Below are positions 31,515 to 41,133 of a DNA stretch of 64,000 bases, piece after piece (position 1 is the stretch's first letter; each line of letters opens with the position of its first letter). The notes under the pieces were generated by a model. That model was not told where the DNA came from, did not search any database, and saw nothing but the letters and a program-made list of their open reading frames with translations. The position numbers were made by a program, and so were the translations under genes. The DNA is from an uncultured Nitrososphaeraceae archaeon (GTDB lineage Archaea > Thermoproteota > Nitrososphaeria > Nitrososphaerales > Nitrososphaeraceae), in NCBI GenBank assembly GCA_963729045.1, contig CAVSMN010000007.1, positions 1 to 64,000 of the forward strand, read 5' to 3'.

Positions 31515-32026
31515 ATGCTTGTTGGGGAATTAACTGATTTGTACATTAAATTTCGATTGGAGCAAGCAGCTGGAGTTGTCTGTAAAGTTATCTATCCAAT
31601 CCCTGTTTCTTCGTTTAAAGGAAAAGGTACGGAGGTTGCTGTTTGTACACTTTCGAGTATGGCCCTTTTGAAAAAGATTTCTAGTGATGCTATCATGGAC
31701 AAGCTTTTAATTGTAGGGCGTTTATTTTCTGAAAACAAAGGAATAGAGCAGCTAATTCAGTTTTGCACAACTGTCTCCAAGCTATGAGATATTTGATTTT
31801 GTGCGGAAAAGATACTAACGGTCATTACCCAGCGGATGCATTGATGAATTTAATGCATTTTGGATTAGATGAACAGAACAAAATAATAGGAACCAAGGCA
31901 CCTTATCCATTTATAAGATGCCATCCAAAATTAGTTAACAAATTTAGGGAGCAAATAAAACTAATTGATATGCGCGAATGTTATGATATGGATAAAATAA
32001 TTAAGACTGTGAACAATCTCATTTAA
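31515..32026 (+). CDS. Stand-alone MtrA-like corrinoid-binding protein; frameshift near 31780
   Basis: VAVCTLSS, SENKGIEQLI, RYLILCGKDTNGH, IIGTKAPYPFI and FREQIKLIDM match the MtrA soluble-domain pattern. Confidence 0.82.
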
Positions 32027-33155
32027 TTTTCTTACTATAGAGTAGTTGATTTGGTTCTACTTCTTGTGTTTTTCTATCTTTACTAATTGCTACAGACCCT
32101 ATACTACCTCTTTTCTCTCTACTTTGGATGTATTCTCTATAGTCCTCATCAATCTCCATGGCTGCTTGAAGTATTTTGCTTCTTATTGTGTTAGATGAAT
32201 TGATAAACATCCTTGTATCTTTGGGAAGACAGTGACCTCCTATTCCATCCCTAGGTTCTAGAACTTCTACATTCCATTTTGTATTGAGTGATTCACGTAA
32301 TTCAGAAAAACTGATACTGTTAGACTTGCAATAGAGGTAAAGCTCTTCTGCAAATGCTATTTGAAGATATCTATGAGCATTTTCTACTATTTTTGTTAGT
32401 TCTGCTACTTCAACTGACGATACTGGATGCATTGGAATTGATAGAGTTTTTATCCCAGTGGTTTTTGCCCTTGCTACTGTTGTTGAGGGAATAGTTACAT
32501 GACTATTATTTGTCGGTTGATTCAAATGGTTATTTGAATTGATGCTAACTTTTGTATTATTGTTGTCAATTAGGGGTGTTTCTGATAATTCAGCCTTTGT
32601 TGTTTCTGTTGTCTGGGGTACTACCTCCCGTCCATCATAAAAGTTAAGACCGTGTTGCAAGCAGCAGTTGCTCACACCTCCTACAATACGTAATTGATTA
32701 ACACCGTGAACTTCTTCTTCTAATGCATACCATCTATGTGGTGCATGTACAACGTGTAGTCTATGGTCTACTTTTTCAAATACTTTTTTAGATGTACCTT
32801 TTGGTATAGTGCTTTCAATTGATATTAGTGCGCCTGTTTTAGCTTCTCTAGATATCTTTTCAACAACAGACATCAAACCATCTACTTGTGGTGTAAACAT
32901 ATCATCTGGTCTATGTGTAGATACACAGATAATTAGTACGTCAAAATCACCAAAGTTGGATGCTTGCTTTATTCCATAGTTGGCTTCAGCTGATTGCATG
33001 GTTTTTTGATTTATATCATATCCATAAGTATCAAAACCATGTTCTTTAACATATTTTGCAACTGGAAGACCAAGTTGGCCAAGTCCTATGATAACTACTT
33101 TGTTGTAGTTGTTTTTATAATTATAATTATACATTCTTTTGATTTCTTCTTTCAA
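32019..33155 (-). CDS. Nucleotide-sugar dehydrogenase (UDP-Glc/GDP-Man/UDP-ManNAc DH family), atypical
   Basis: IIGLGQLG, IESTIPKGT, AELTKIVEN and GIGGHCLPKD motifs; C-terminal domain absent. Confidence 0.85.
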   Translation of the reverse strand: MKEEIKRMYNYNYKNNYNKVVIIGLGQLGLPVAKYVKEHGFDTYGYDINQKTMQSAEANYGIKQASNFGDFDVLIICVSTHRPDDMFTPQVDGLMSVVEKISREAKTGALISIESTIPKGTSKKVFEKVDHRLHVVHAPHRWYALEEEVHGVNQLRIVGGVSNCCLQHGLNFYDGREVVPQTTETTKAELSETPLIDNNNTKVSINSNNHLNQPTNNSHVTIPSTTVARAKTTGIKTLSIPMHPVSSVEVAELTKIVENAHRYLQIAFAEELYLYCKSNSISFSELRESLNTKWNVEVLEPRDGIGGHCLPKDTRMFINSSNTIRSKILQAAMEIDEDYREYIQSREKRGSIGSVAISKDRKTQEVEPNQLLYSKKIK

Positions 33156-33257
33156 CTACCGTAAAAGAATACATAATGATTTCTTATGATTCTATCATTC
33201 TTTAAATCTATTACTTTTTACTATAATAATTTCCACTATGTTTTAAATCCAATGATG

Positions 33258-33934
33258 TTAAAATTTATCCAAGTTAATTGATAGTCTTGAATCGATTAAA
33301 TGTTTGGGATGAATAAATTCACATTCGATCGTATTTTGGGTTCTTCTTTTGATACTTGCTTTTACGTGAACATACCTGATGATATCGTGATAAAAAAGTT
33401 CATAATTTATTCTTTCTAAACTAGTCTCCTCAAATTTCTCAATTAGGGTACTTGTAAAAAATATGTTTATCTTTTTGGTTATGGCAATTAAAGCTATTTC
33501 TCTAATGAATCTTCTAACCTCTTGTCTGATGTTCTTATTCTGATTGTAAAGAAACAAGGGGATCACATCATCAAAAATTACACAATCTATCTCTAATACC
33601 TTGATTCTTTTCAAAACAAGGATTAGTTTATCTGAATCATAGATTCTTTGATAAGTTATCTTCTTCAAAAAATTTTTTAGTTCCCCATCGTTGGCATTTG
33701 CTATCTTTAGAAGATATTCGTTAATTACTTCGGGCCGAAAATTTCCTGATCCATCTAGGTATAATGTTTTTTTACTTCGTATGCTATTTAATGAACATAT
33801 CAAATATACCAGGTGGCTTCTGCCAGCACCTTTTTTACCAACCAACTCGATAAGTGTGCCATTTTGGGTCAATCTGAGCAAAAGACCATCTAATTTTTTT
33901 ACTCCTGAATCTATGAGTTTAGATATTCTTTCAT
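33258..33934 (-). CDS. RadA/RadB paralog (RecA fold); N-terminus apparently frameshifted
   Basis: The frame extends upstream of 33881 through IDSGVKKLDGLL; LIELVGKKGAGRS, LYLDGSGNFRPE and VIFDD motifs. Confidence 0.75.
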
Positions 33935-34020
33935 GAATAAAAATATTGATTTGTTAGGCATCGATTCGTAAAGGAAGCTTTTTATTGTAGCCTAGGGTCT
34001 TTTCACAATTGAATAACAAT

Positions 34021-34275
34021 ATGGCAGCATCACCTTCACAACAACCTACGAAGAGACCATTAAATGTTTTACAGCGTTCTTTGAACAGAAAAGTTGCTGT
34101 AAGGTTAAAAAGCGAAATCGAATATAGAGGCAAAATGTCGAATGTAGATTCTTATATGAATCTGATTTTAGTTGACGCAGAAGAATTTGATGGATCTGAT
34201 CTGTTAGCAAATTACGGTAAAGTCGTTATAAGAGGTAATAACGTGCTTTTCATTAAATTAGAGAAAGAATTCTAA
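34021..34275 (+). CDS. Sm-like archaeal protein (LSm/SmAP)
   Basis: YRGKMSNVDSYMNLILVDAEE and VIRGNNV motifs. Confidence 0.93.
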   Translation: MAASPSQQPTKRPLNVLQRSLNRKVAVRLKSEIEYRGKMSNVDSYMNLILVDAEEFDGSDLLANYGKVVIRGNNVLFIKLEKEF

Positions 34276-34305
34276 TAATTAGTACAATTTCCGAATTCTT
34301 GATTA

Positions 34306-35476
34306 ATGATAATAATGCAACCACGAAAATATATATTTACATCTGAAAGTGTAACAGAAGGACATCCTGACAAGATATGTGATAGAATTTCTGACTCCAT
34401 TCTTGATTCATTTCTAACTAATGATCCAAATGCTAGAGTAGCAGTCGAAACCATGACGACTACAGGGGTAGTCATAGTAGCAGGGGAGGTAACTTCTACC
34501 CATAGGATGGATGTCCAAGATATTGTAAGAAATGAAATAAACGATATTGGTTATAATAAACCTGAATACGGATTTGATGGAAATACGTGTTCGGTCTTAG
34601 TTTCACTTCATGAACAAAGCCCAGATATTTCCATTGGAGTTACATCAAATGGATTAAAAGAGCAGGGAGCAGGTGACCAAGGACTCATGTTTGGGTTTGC
34701 GATTAACGAAACCCCAGAGTATATGCCTTTGCCCATTACACTCGCTCATAATTTATCATTGCGTTTATCCGAAGTAAGGAAGAAAAAAGAATTGGATTGG
34801 GTTAGACCAGACGGCAAATCACAAGTTTCAATTCTATATGAGGACAACAAGCCAAAGTCTATTGATACTATTGTGTTGTCAACCCAACATTCTCCTGAAA
34901 TCTCTCAAGAACAAATTAATGAGGAAATTACTAAATTTGTGATAAATCCCGTTTGCTCAAATTGGATTACTTCCGAAACAAAGGTGTTTGTCAATCCCAC
35001 TGGTAGATTTGTTATTGGGGGACCACCTGGCGATACTGGATTGACAGGAAGAAAAATCATTGCTGATACCTACGGAGGGATGGGAAGGCATGGGGGAGGA
35101 GCTTTCTCAGGCAAAGATCCAACTAAAGTGGATAGATCTGCATGCTACATGGCCAGATACATTTCTAAAAATATCGTGGCAGCAGAATTGGCTACTAAAT
35201 GTGAAGTTCAAATTGCATATGCTATAGGTGTAGCAAAACCCGTGTCAATTATGGTTGATACTTTTAAGACATCAAAAGTAGACGAAGAAAAAATAGAGGC
35301 TAAGGTTAAAGAATTATTTGATACTAGTCCAGCTGGCATCATTAGAACTCTCGATCTGAAATAGACCAATTTATAAAAAAACATCTGCATATGGACATTT
35401 TGGGCGAAGAGATGTTGACTTTAGTTGGGAAAAAACAGATAAAGCGGAAGCTTTGAAAAGCATTCGTGTCAATTAA
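34306..35476 (+). CDS. metK: S-adenosylmethionine synthetase, bacterial/eukaryotic type; frameshift near 35360
   Basis: [19 protein letters not shown] and GGGAFSGKD; the C-terminus [15 protein letters not shown]...WEKTD continues in the +1 frame to TAA 35476. Confidence 0.95.
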
Positions 35477-35533
35477 ATAATCATAAAGTTTCTTTTGATA
35501 TGTTTGCATGGTAATTATAGTCGATGAAGGGTC

Positions 35534-36717
35534 TTGAGCGAGTCAGATGAGAAAATTTCTAATGATTTGTCTATCGCGGAAAGCGAACAGGATCTCCCTC
35601 AAGAAGTTAAAGAGAAAAAATTAAGAGGCCAACTTAAAACCGGTTATACCACTGGGACCTCAGCTGCTGCTGCTTCCAAATCTGCTCTTATCACTCTCTT
35701 AACGGGAAAGAGCGTCGAAGATGTGCAGATTACATTACCAAAGGGTAAAATAGTTACACTCAAAGTTGCATGGACAAAAATTAATGAAAAGTCGATTACC
35801 TCTGCAGTGATTAAGGACGGTGGAGATGATCCTGATGTAACTCATGGTGCTGAAATTTGCTCTACTGTAGAATCGACAAGTAATAAAGGTGAAGTGAAAA
35901 TCATTGGAGGGACTGGGGTGGGTAAAGTCACTAAACCTGGCCTTGGACTGTTATTAGGACATGCTGCAATAAATCCGATACCCATGAAAATGATAACCGA
36001 AGCTATACAAGAAGTATTAAATCTTTATCCCGAGGTAATTAAAAAGCAAGGATTGAAAGTAACAATCTCAGTTCCAAGTGGGGAAGAAATAGCAAAAAAA
36101 ACTGACAATCCCAGACTAGGTATACTTGGAGGGATTTCAATTCTAGGGACTACTGGCATAGTACTCCCTTATTCAACGGCTTCTTTTGCTGCCGCAATAA
36201 GACAGAGTTTGGATGTTGGAATAGCACTAAGCGCAGATACTTTTATTCTTACAACAGGAGGCAGAAGTGAAGATTTTTGTAAAAGCTTGTTCGGTGATAC
36301 ATACGTATGATCATTGTTATGTTCAGATGGGTGATTTTGCAGGCTATAGTGTAAAGCAATGCCACGACAAGAGAGTTAAGAAAGTGTTTATTGCTGGATT
36401 CATTGGAAAATTAACAAAAATAGCAATGGGAGTCAAACAAACGCATGTAAGAGGATCTCATGTCAATATGGAATTTATGGCTAAACTAGCAGAAGACAGT
36501 CGGTGCCTCTGAAAACGTTCTGAAACTAATCCTAGACGCTAATACTGCACGGCATGTCTCAGAAATAATTGACTCTCACCATATTAAGGGGTTTTATGAT
36601 CTCATATGTAGTAACGCCGCTAGCCAGCTAAAAAATTACTCAAAAAACGAGTTATCCATAGATGTTATTATGTTCGACTTTAACGGATACGTCATTGGTA
36701 GATTCCCAAGAAATTGA
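35534..36717 (+). CDS. cbiD: Cobalt-precorrin-5B C1-methyltransferase; frameshifts near 36305 and 36500
   Basis: GYTTGTSAAAA, KDGGDDPDVTHG, NPRLGILGGISILGTTG; third segment ANTARH...FDFNG ends at 36717. Confidence 0.93.
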
Positions 36718-36963
36718 CGGCACTAGTTCTATGAACTAGCATATTTTAGTATATATTTGAATTCAGCAGGATTAGAGCGGTGATAAATTACTGATTCATC
36801 ATATTTCATATTTTCACAACACTAAATTTCTATCATAAATCTTCATATTCCTTTTGGTCCAATAAGAGGTTATAGACCTGTATTATCAAATCTTAAGATG
36901 CAAACCTATAATAAAATAGTCATTCTAATAAAATGGTAAAGTATAGGAGGATTATTTTAGGAA

Positions 36964-38046
36964 TTGAATGAGAATATAAACAAAAAGGATATCGCTATTG
37001 TCGCTATAACTAAGAAAGGCATTGAAATCGCTAAGAGAATTCGAAATATGTTGAGCGAATCGGAAATCCATGTACCGGAAAAATTTAGAGACTCGGATCC
37101 ATCTATCATTTTCTTCTCAGAATCGGTAACGAATAGAATAGAATCACTTTTTCGTGGATATACTTCGCTAATTTGTATATTTTCATTAGGAGCAGTTATT
37201 CGGCTGATTTCGCCTCATTTAAAAGACAAAAAGAATGATCCGGCTGTAATTGTAATAGATGATACTGCAAAATTTGTCATAAGCACACTGTCTGGACATT
37301 TAGGTGGTGCTAACGAATTAACACTTAAAGTAGCTGAGATCCTAAATTCAATTCCAGTAATTACTACTGCAGCTGATGTAAACAAAACCATTGCCATCGA
37401 TCTATTGGGAAAAAAATTTAATTGGGTTATTGATAATTTTGAAAATGTAACAAAGGTCAGTGCCATGATGGTGAACGAAGAAAGAATCGGAGTGTATCAA
37501 GATACTGGAGAAAAGAATTGGTGGAATATGGATCAACTACCAAAGAATGTCGAAACGGTCACAATGATTACTGACTTGTTATCTAAAGAATATAAGGGCT
37601 CTATAATTATTACGGATAAGCTAGTGTCAAATAAATCACTGACTACTAAATCCGTAATATATAGACCAAAATCACTTTATGTGGGGATCGGATTGCATTG
37701 GAATACCTCCAAGGAAACAATCGAGAAGGGCATAATAAAAGTTCTTGAAGAAAATGAGTTGAGTACAAAAAGTATAATGGCAATTACGTCCCTCGATAAA
37801 GGCAAACGTGTAGTTGGCTTGGATGATTTTTGCACTGAAAATGGTCTTCCTCTCCTTCTCTTTTCAAAAACTGAATTAAATGAGATACATGTCCCAAATC
37901 CATCTGATTTGGTTGGAAGATATGAAGGAACATCAAGCGTTTCTGAGGCCTCTTCATTGGCAGCCTCAAAGGGTATTTTAATAGTACCTAAACAAAAATT
38001 TCCACCAGATTTGACTGTCGCTATAAGTAGGGTGAAATATCAATGA
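36964..38046 (+). CDS. cbiG: Cobalt-precorrin-5A hydrolase
   Basis: DPAVIVID, LSGHLGGAN, PVITTA and SVSEASS motifs. Confidence 0.93.
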   Translation: MNENINKKDIAIVAITKKGIEIAKRIRNMLSESEIHVPEKFRDSDPSIIFFSESVTNRIESLFRGYTSLICIFSLGAVIRLISPHLKDKKNDPAVIVIDDTAKFVISTLSGHLGGANELTLKVAEILNSIPVITTAADVNKTIAIDLLGKKFNWVIDNFENVTKVSAMMVNEERIGVYQDTGEKNWWNMDQLPKNVETVTMITDLLSKEYKGSIIITDKLVSNKSLTTKSVIYRPKSLYVGIGLHWNTSKETIEKGIIKVLEENELSTKSIMAITSLDKGKRVVGLDDFCTENGLPLLLFSKTELNEIHVPNPSDLVGRYEGTSSVSEASSLAASKGILIVPKQKFPPDLTVAISRVKYQ

Positions 38047-38804
38047 AAAAAGCATTGTTAATAATAGATCGAGGAAGCAAAATGAAGGAAGTTCAGGAGG
38101 AATTGCGAAATACTTGTGGCTTTATTAAACATAAAACCGACTATTCTTACGTTGATTACTGCTTCCTCGAAGTTATTCCACCTTACATTGATGAAGGAAT
38201 TAGAAAATGTATTGATAGAGGCGTCGATTCCATAACTATTGTTCCCTACTTCCTATATCCTGGAATGAAACTTAAAGATGCTGTTACCCGAACTGCCTCA
38301 ATTATTCATCAAGAAAAAAAGAAAATGGTAATATCAAAACCATTGTCATATCAACCCATAATATCTGAAATAGTACTAAAGCGGGTAAACTCACTGATAG
38401 TCGAAAAGGGACTCGATAAGGAAAAAACGAACTTGTGTTTATTGTTAATAGGCCATGGTAGTAGCGATAAACGTGCTAGAGAAGCTTTTCTGTATACTGT
38501 TAATAGCTTGAAAAAAATATATATGGAGGTTAAATTTTGTTTCTTGGAATTAGAACCACCAAATATTGAAGAAGGTATAAAGGAATGTTTAACTTCTAAC
38601 CCAAATACGATAGTGGTAGTTCCATACTTTTTACATAAAGGGATCCATATTCAAAAGGACATCTTGGTTGATTTAGCTAATGCACAAGAAAAATATAGTT
38701 TTAACAGTTTGTTTATAACTGGACATATAGGAGTGGATCCTGCAGTAATAGATCTGGTAATCACATTAGCTAAGGAGGCCGAAATTAAAAGTGGAGTTTT
38801 CTGA
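38043..38804 (+). CDS. cbiX: Sirohydrochlorin cobaltochelatase, two-domain CbiX
   Basis: Duplicated FLE...P...VPYFL domains; GHGS and GIH in the second domain. Confidence 0.88.
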   Translation: MKKALLIIDRGSKMKEVQEELRNTCGFIKHKTDYSYVDYCFLEVIPPYIDEGIRKCIDRGVDSITIVPYFLYPGMKLKDAVTRTASIIHQEKKKMVISKPLSYQPIISEIVLKRVNSLIVEKGLDKEKTNLCLLLIGHGSSDKRAREAFLYTVNSLKKIYMEVKFCFLELEPPNIEEGIKECLTSNPNTIVVVPYFLHKGIHIQKDILVDLANAQEKYSFNSLFITGHIGVDPAVIDLVITLAKEAEIKSGVF

Positions 38805-39504
38805 TACTAAAATGGGTGATTATAGTATAGGCAATCCTCAATCTCGAGACATGTCAACGAGGGCTTTTGGAATTGAGAAACAAAGTTTTGATATAATAGA
38901 ATCCGAGATCGGGAACCATGGTTATATTGACAATGAATGGGCGGTGGTAAGACGAGTTATCCACGCTACAGCTGACTTTGATTTTGCAAAGAAAGATAGA
39001 ATTATTTTCCATGAAAAAGCAATAGAATCTGCTTTCTTAGCTTTTTCCAAGAAATCTTTTGTCGTCACCGACGTGGAGATGGTATTGCATGGAATAAATA
39101 AGAAATCATTATTGGATCTAAATTTAACTGGCATTTGTCTCATAAATGATCCTCAATTAAAAGAAATATCAAAGAAATCAAACAAAACAAGATCTGAGCT
39201 TGCAATGCAGAAGGCCGCTGACAGGATAAATGGTGGTATTGTAGTAATTGGAAATGCGCCAACCGCTCTTTATGAATTAATTTCAATGATAGAGGAAAAA
39301 AAAACTTTACCATTGCTCATAATTGGAATCCCAGTTGGATTCGTGTCAGCTGTTGAATCTAAAATTGATTTATCAAAAATGGATGTTCCTTATATTACAA
39401 ATATAGGAAGGAAGGGTGGGAGTTCTGCGGCCTCATCTATTATTAATTCGCTCATGTTGTTGTATTCGACAAAAAGATCTAAAGCTCAAACTAAGACAGA
39501 TTGA
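38791..39504 (+). CDS. cbiC: Precorrin-8X methylmutase
   Basis: RRVIHATADFDF, IGNAPTAL, PVGFV and GRKGGS motifs. Confidence 0.94.
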   Translation: MEFSDTKMGDYSIGNPQSRDMSTRAFGIEKQSFDIIESEIGNHGYIDNEWAVVRRVIHATADFDFAKKDRIIFHEKAIESAFLAFSKKSFVVTDVEMVLHGINKKSLLDLNLTGICLINDPQLKEISKKSNKTRSELAMQKAADRINGGIVVIGNAPTALYELISMIEEKKTLPLLIIGIPVGFVSAVESKIDLSKMDVPYITNIGRKGGSSAASSIINSLMLLYSTKRSKAQTKTD

Positions 39505-39584
39505 TTATGTTAGTTTTAGTTTAAACCCATAAACCTCTAAATCGAAAATTGTTTTACTTGTCAATGTCATTAAGTATATTTATT

Positions 39585-41009
39585 TTATTTTCTTGAATAC
39601 CTAACACAGCATTCTAAAAATCTATCTGAGAAAGTTGAATTGATAAAATGTGTATGCATATATGATGCTATGCAGTTATGAGTATGGAAACCGTCTCTCC
39701 CATCCATTATGCCTTTCCCCTTTTTTAGATCATAAATCAATTCTAAATCCGTGTTGTTAATAACTATATTTGAATAATGAAATTCATGACCTCTCACCTT
39801 GTGCATCTTTCCAAGATAAGTTTGATTATTATTTAACAAGGCCTCTGTGTATCCTAGGGTAACCTTATTAGTCATAATGGTATCTGCATCAAATAAACCC
39901 ACCATTTTGTGCTTCTTTTTTTTGTTCTTATAGCCTGAAATTGTCTTTGTCAAGTACATTAATCCTCCACATTCGGCATAAATCGGTATGTTCCTCTGTG
40001 CTAAATCCAAGATTGACCTGCGCATAGTAGAATTGTTTTCTAGTTTATCTGCAATTACTTCTGGAAATCCCCCTCCTAATATTATGCCTGTTGTATCTTG
40101 TGAGACACAAGAGTCATCAAGAGGACTGAAAAACTCTATTTTTGCCCTTTTGTGTAACATGTCTAGGTTATCCTGGTAGTAAAAATTAAATGACTTGTCT
40201 AATGCAACTAAAATCTTTACTTTTGGACCAAGCAATTTTTTAGATTCTTGATATCTGGATTTTCTTTTTACCAAGTCCAATGAAAACTTTTCAATTTTTG
40301 ATTTATCTAGATAATTTATTTTCTTACCTATCTGGATAATCTTTTCAAAATCCAGATGTTCAGCAACAATCTTGGAATTGTCTATGATACTATCCTGTAA
40401 TCTGGCGTTTAGCTCCATACGTGGTATCAGGCCTAGATGTCTTTCATGATAAATTAGGCTCTTATTATTAAATATCTTTCCTACAATCGGTATCTTAATT
40501 TTTGAATCAAATGCTTCGACGATATATCTCAGATGTCGTTCACTTGCAATATTATTTAATATCACTCCTGAAATCCTTATCTTGCTATCAAATTTAATAA
40601 ACCCCAAGGTGATTGCAGCCAATGATCTGGCTGCTTTTTTAGCATCCACAATTAAGAGAATTGGAAGGCCTAGGATTCTTGATACATGTGCAGTGCTTGC
40701 AAAATTGTTCCTTCCAGACATCCCGTCATACAGCCCCATCACGCCTTCCAAAACTGTAAAATCAGAATCAATAGAATTTTCTAAATATGATTCTTGTAAT
40801 CCCTTTATTCCCATCAACCATACATCAAGATTTCTTGATTTGCGTTTTGAAATCATGTTATGATAAGATGGATCGATATAATCGGGTCCTATTTTGAATG
40901 GTTGAACCTTATATCCCCTTTTTAAAAGCCCCTCGATTATAGCAGTTGATATAGTTGTCTTTCCCACCCCGCTAGTAATTCCTGCTATAACAATTCCAGG
41001 GGTTTTCAT
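39585..41009 (-). CDS. cbiA: Cobyrinate a,c-diamide synthase
   Basis: SGVGKTT, FKIGPDYIDP, AECGGLMYL and GHEFHYS motifs. Confidence 0.95.
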   Translation of the reverse strand: MKTPGIVIAGITSGVGKTTISTAIIEGLLKRGYKVQPFKIGPDYIDPSYHNMISKRKSRNLDVWLMGIKGLQESYLENSIDSDFTVLEGVMGLYDGMSGRNNFASTAHVSRILGLPILLIVDAKKAARSLAAITLGFIKFDSKIRISGVILNNIASERHLRYIVEAFDSKIKIPIVGKIFNNKSLIYHERHLGLIPRMELNARLQDSIIDNSKIVAEHLDFEKIIQIGKKINYLDKSKIEKFSLDLVKRKSRYQESKKLLGPKVKILVALDKSFNFYYQDNLDMLHKRAKIEFFSPLDDSCVSQDTTGIILGGGFPEVIADKLENNSTMRRSILDLAQRNIPIYAECGGLMYLTKTISGYKNKKKKHKMVGLFDADTIMTNKVTLGYTEALLNNNQTYLGKMHKVRGHEFHYSNIVINNTDLELIYDLKKGKGIMDGRDGFHTHNCIASYMHTHFINSTFSDRFLECCVRYSRK

Positions 41010-41133
41010 AATAGGACTTTGTCATAGATCACTTAAAAATATTATTTCAACCATATTTTTTGGGCCATCGAACTTGTATCAAAAAATACTTCTCCTGGGC
41101 GATGGGTGACCTTACGATAGTCATTAATTATGG

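Noticed and set aside
31515..32026. Evidence for methanogenesis
   Set aside because: Only an isolated MtrA-like domain; no other mtr or mcr genes in the window.
32447..32630. Intein within the sugar dehydrogenase
   Set aside because: Too short, low complexity, and lacks the Cys/Ser start and His-Asn end.
35355..35365. Programmed frameshifting in metK and other split genes
   Set aside because: No shared slippery motif across the sites; sequence error is the simpler explanation.
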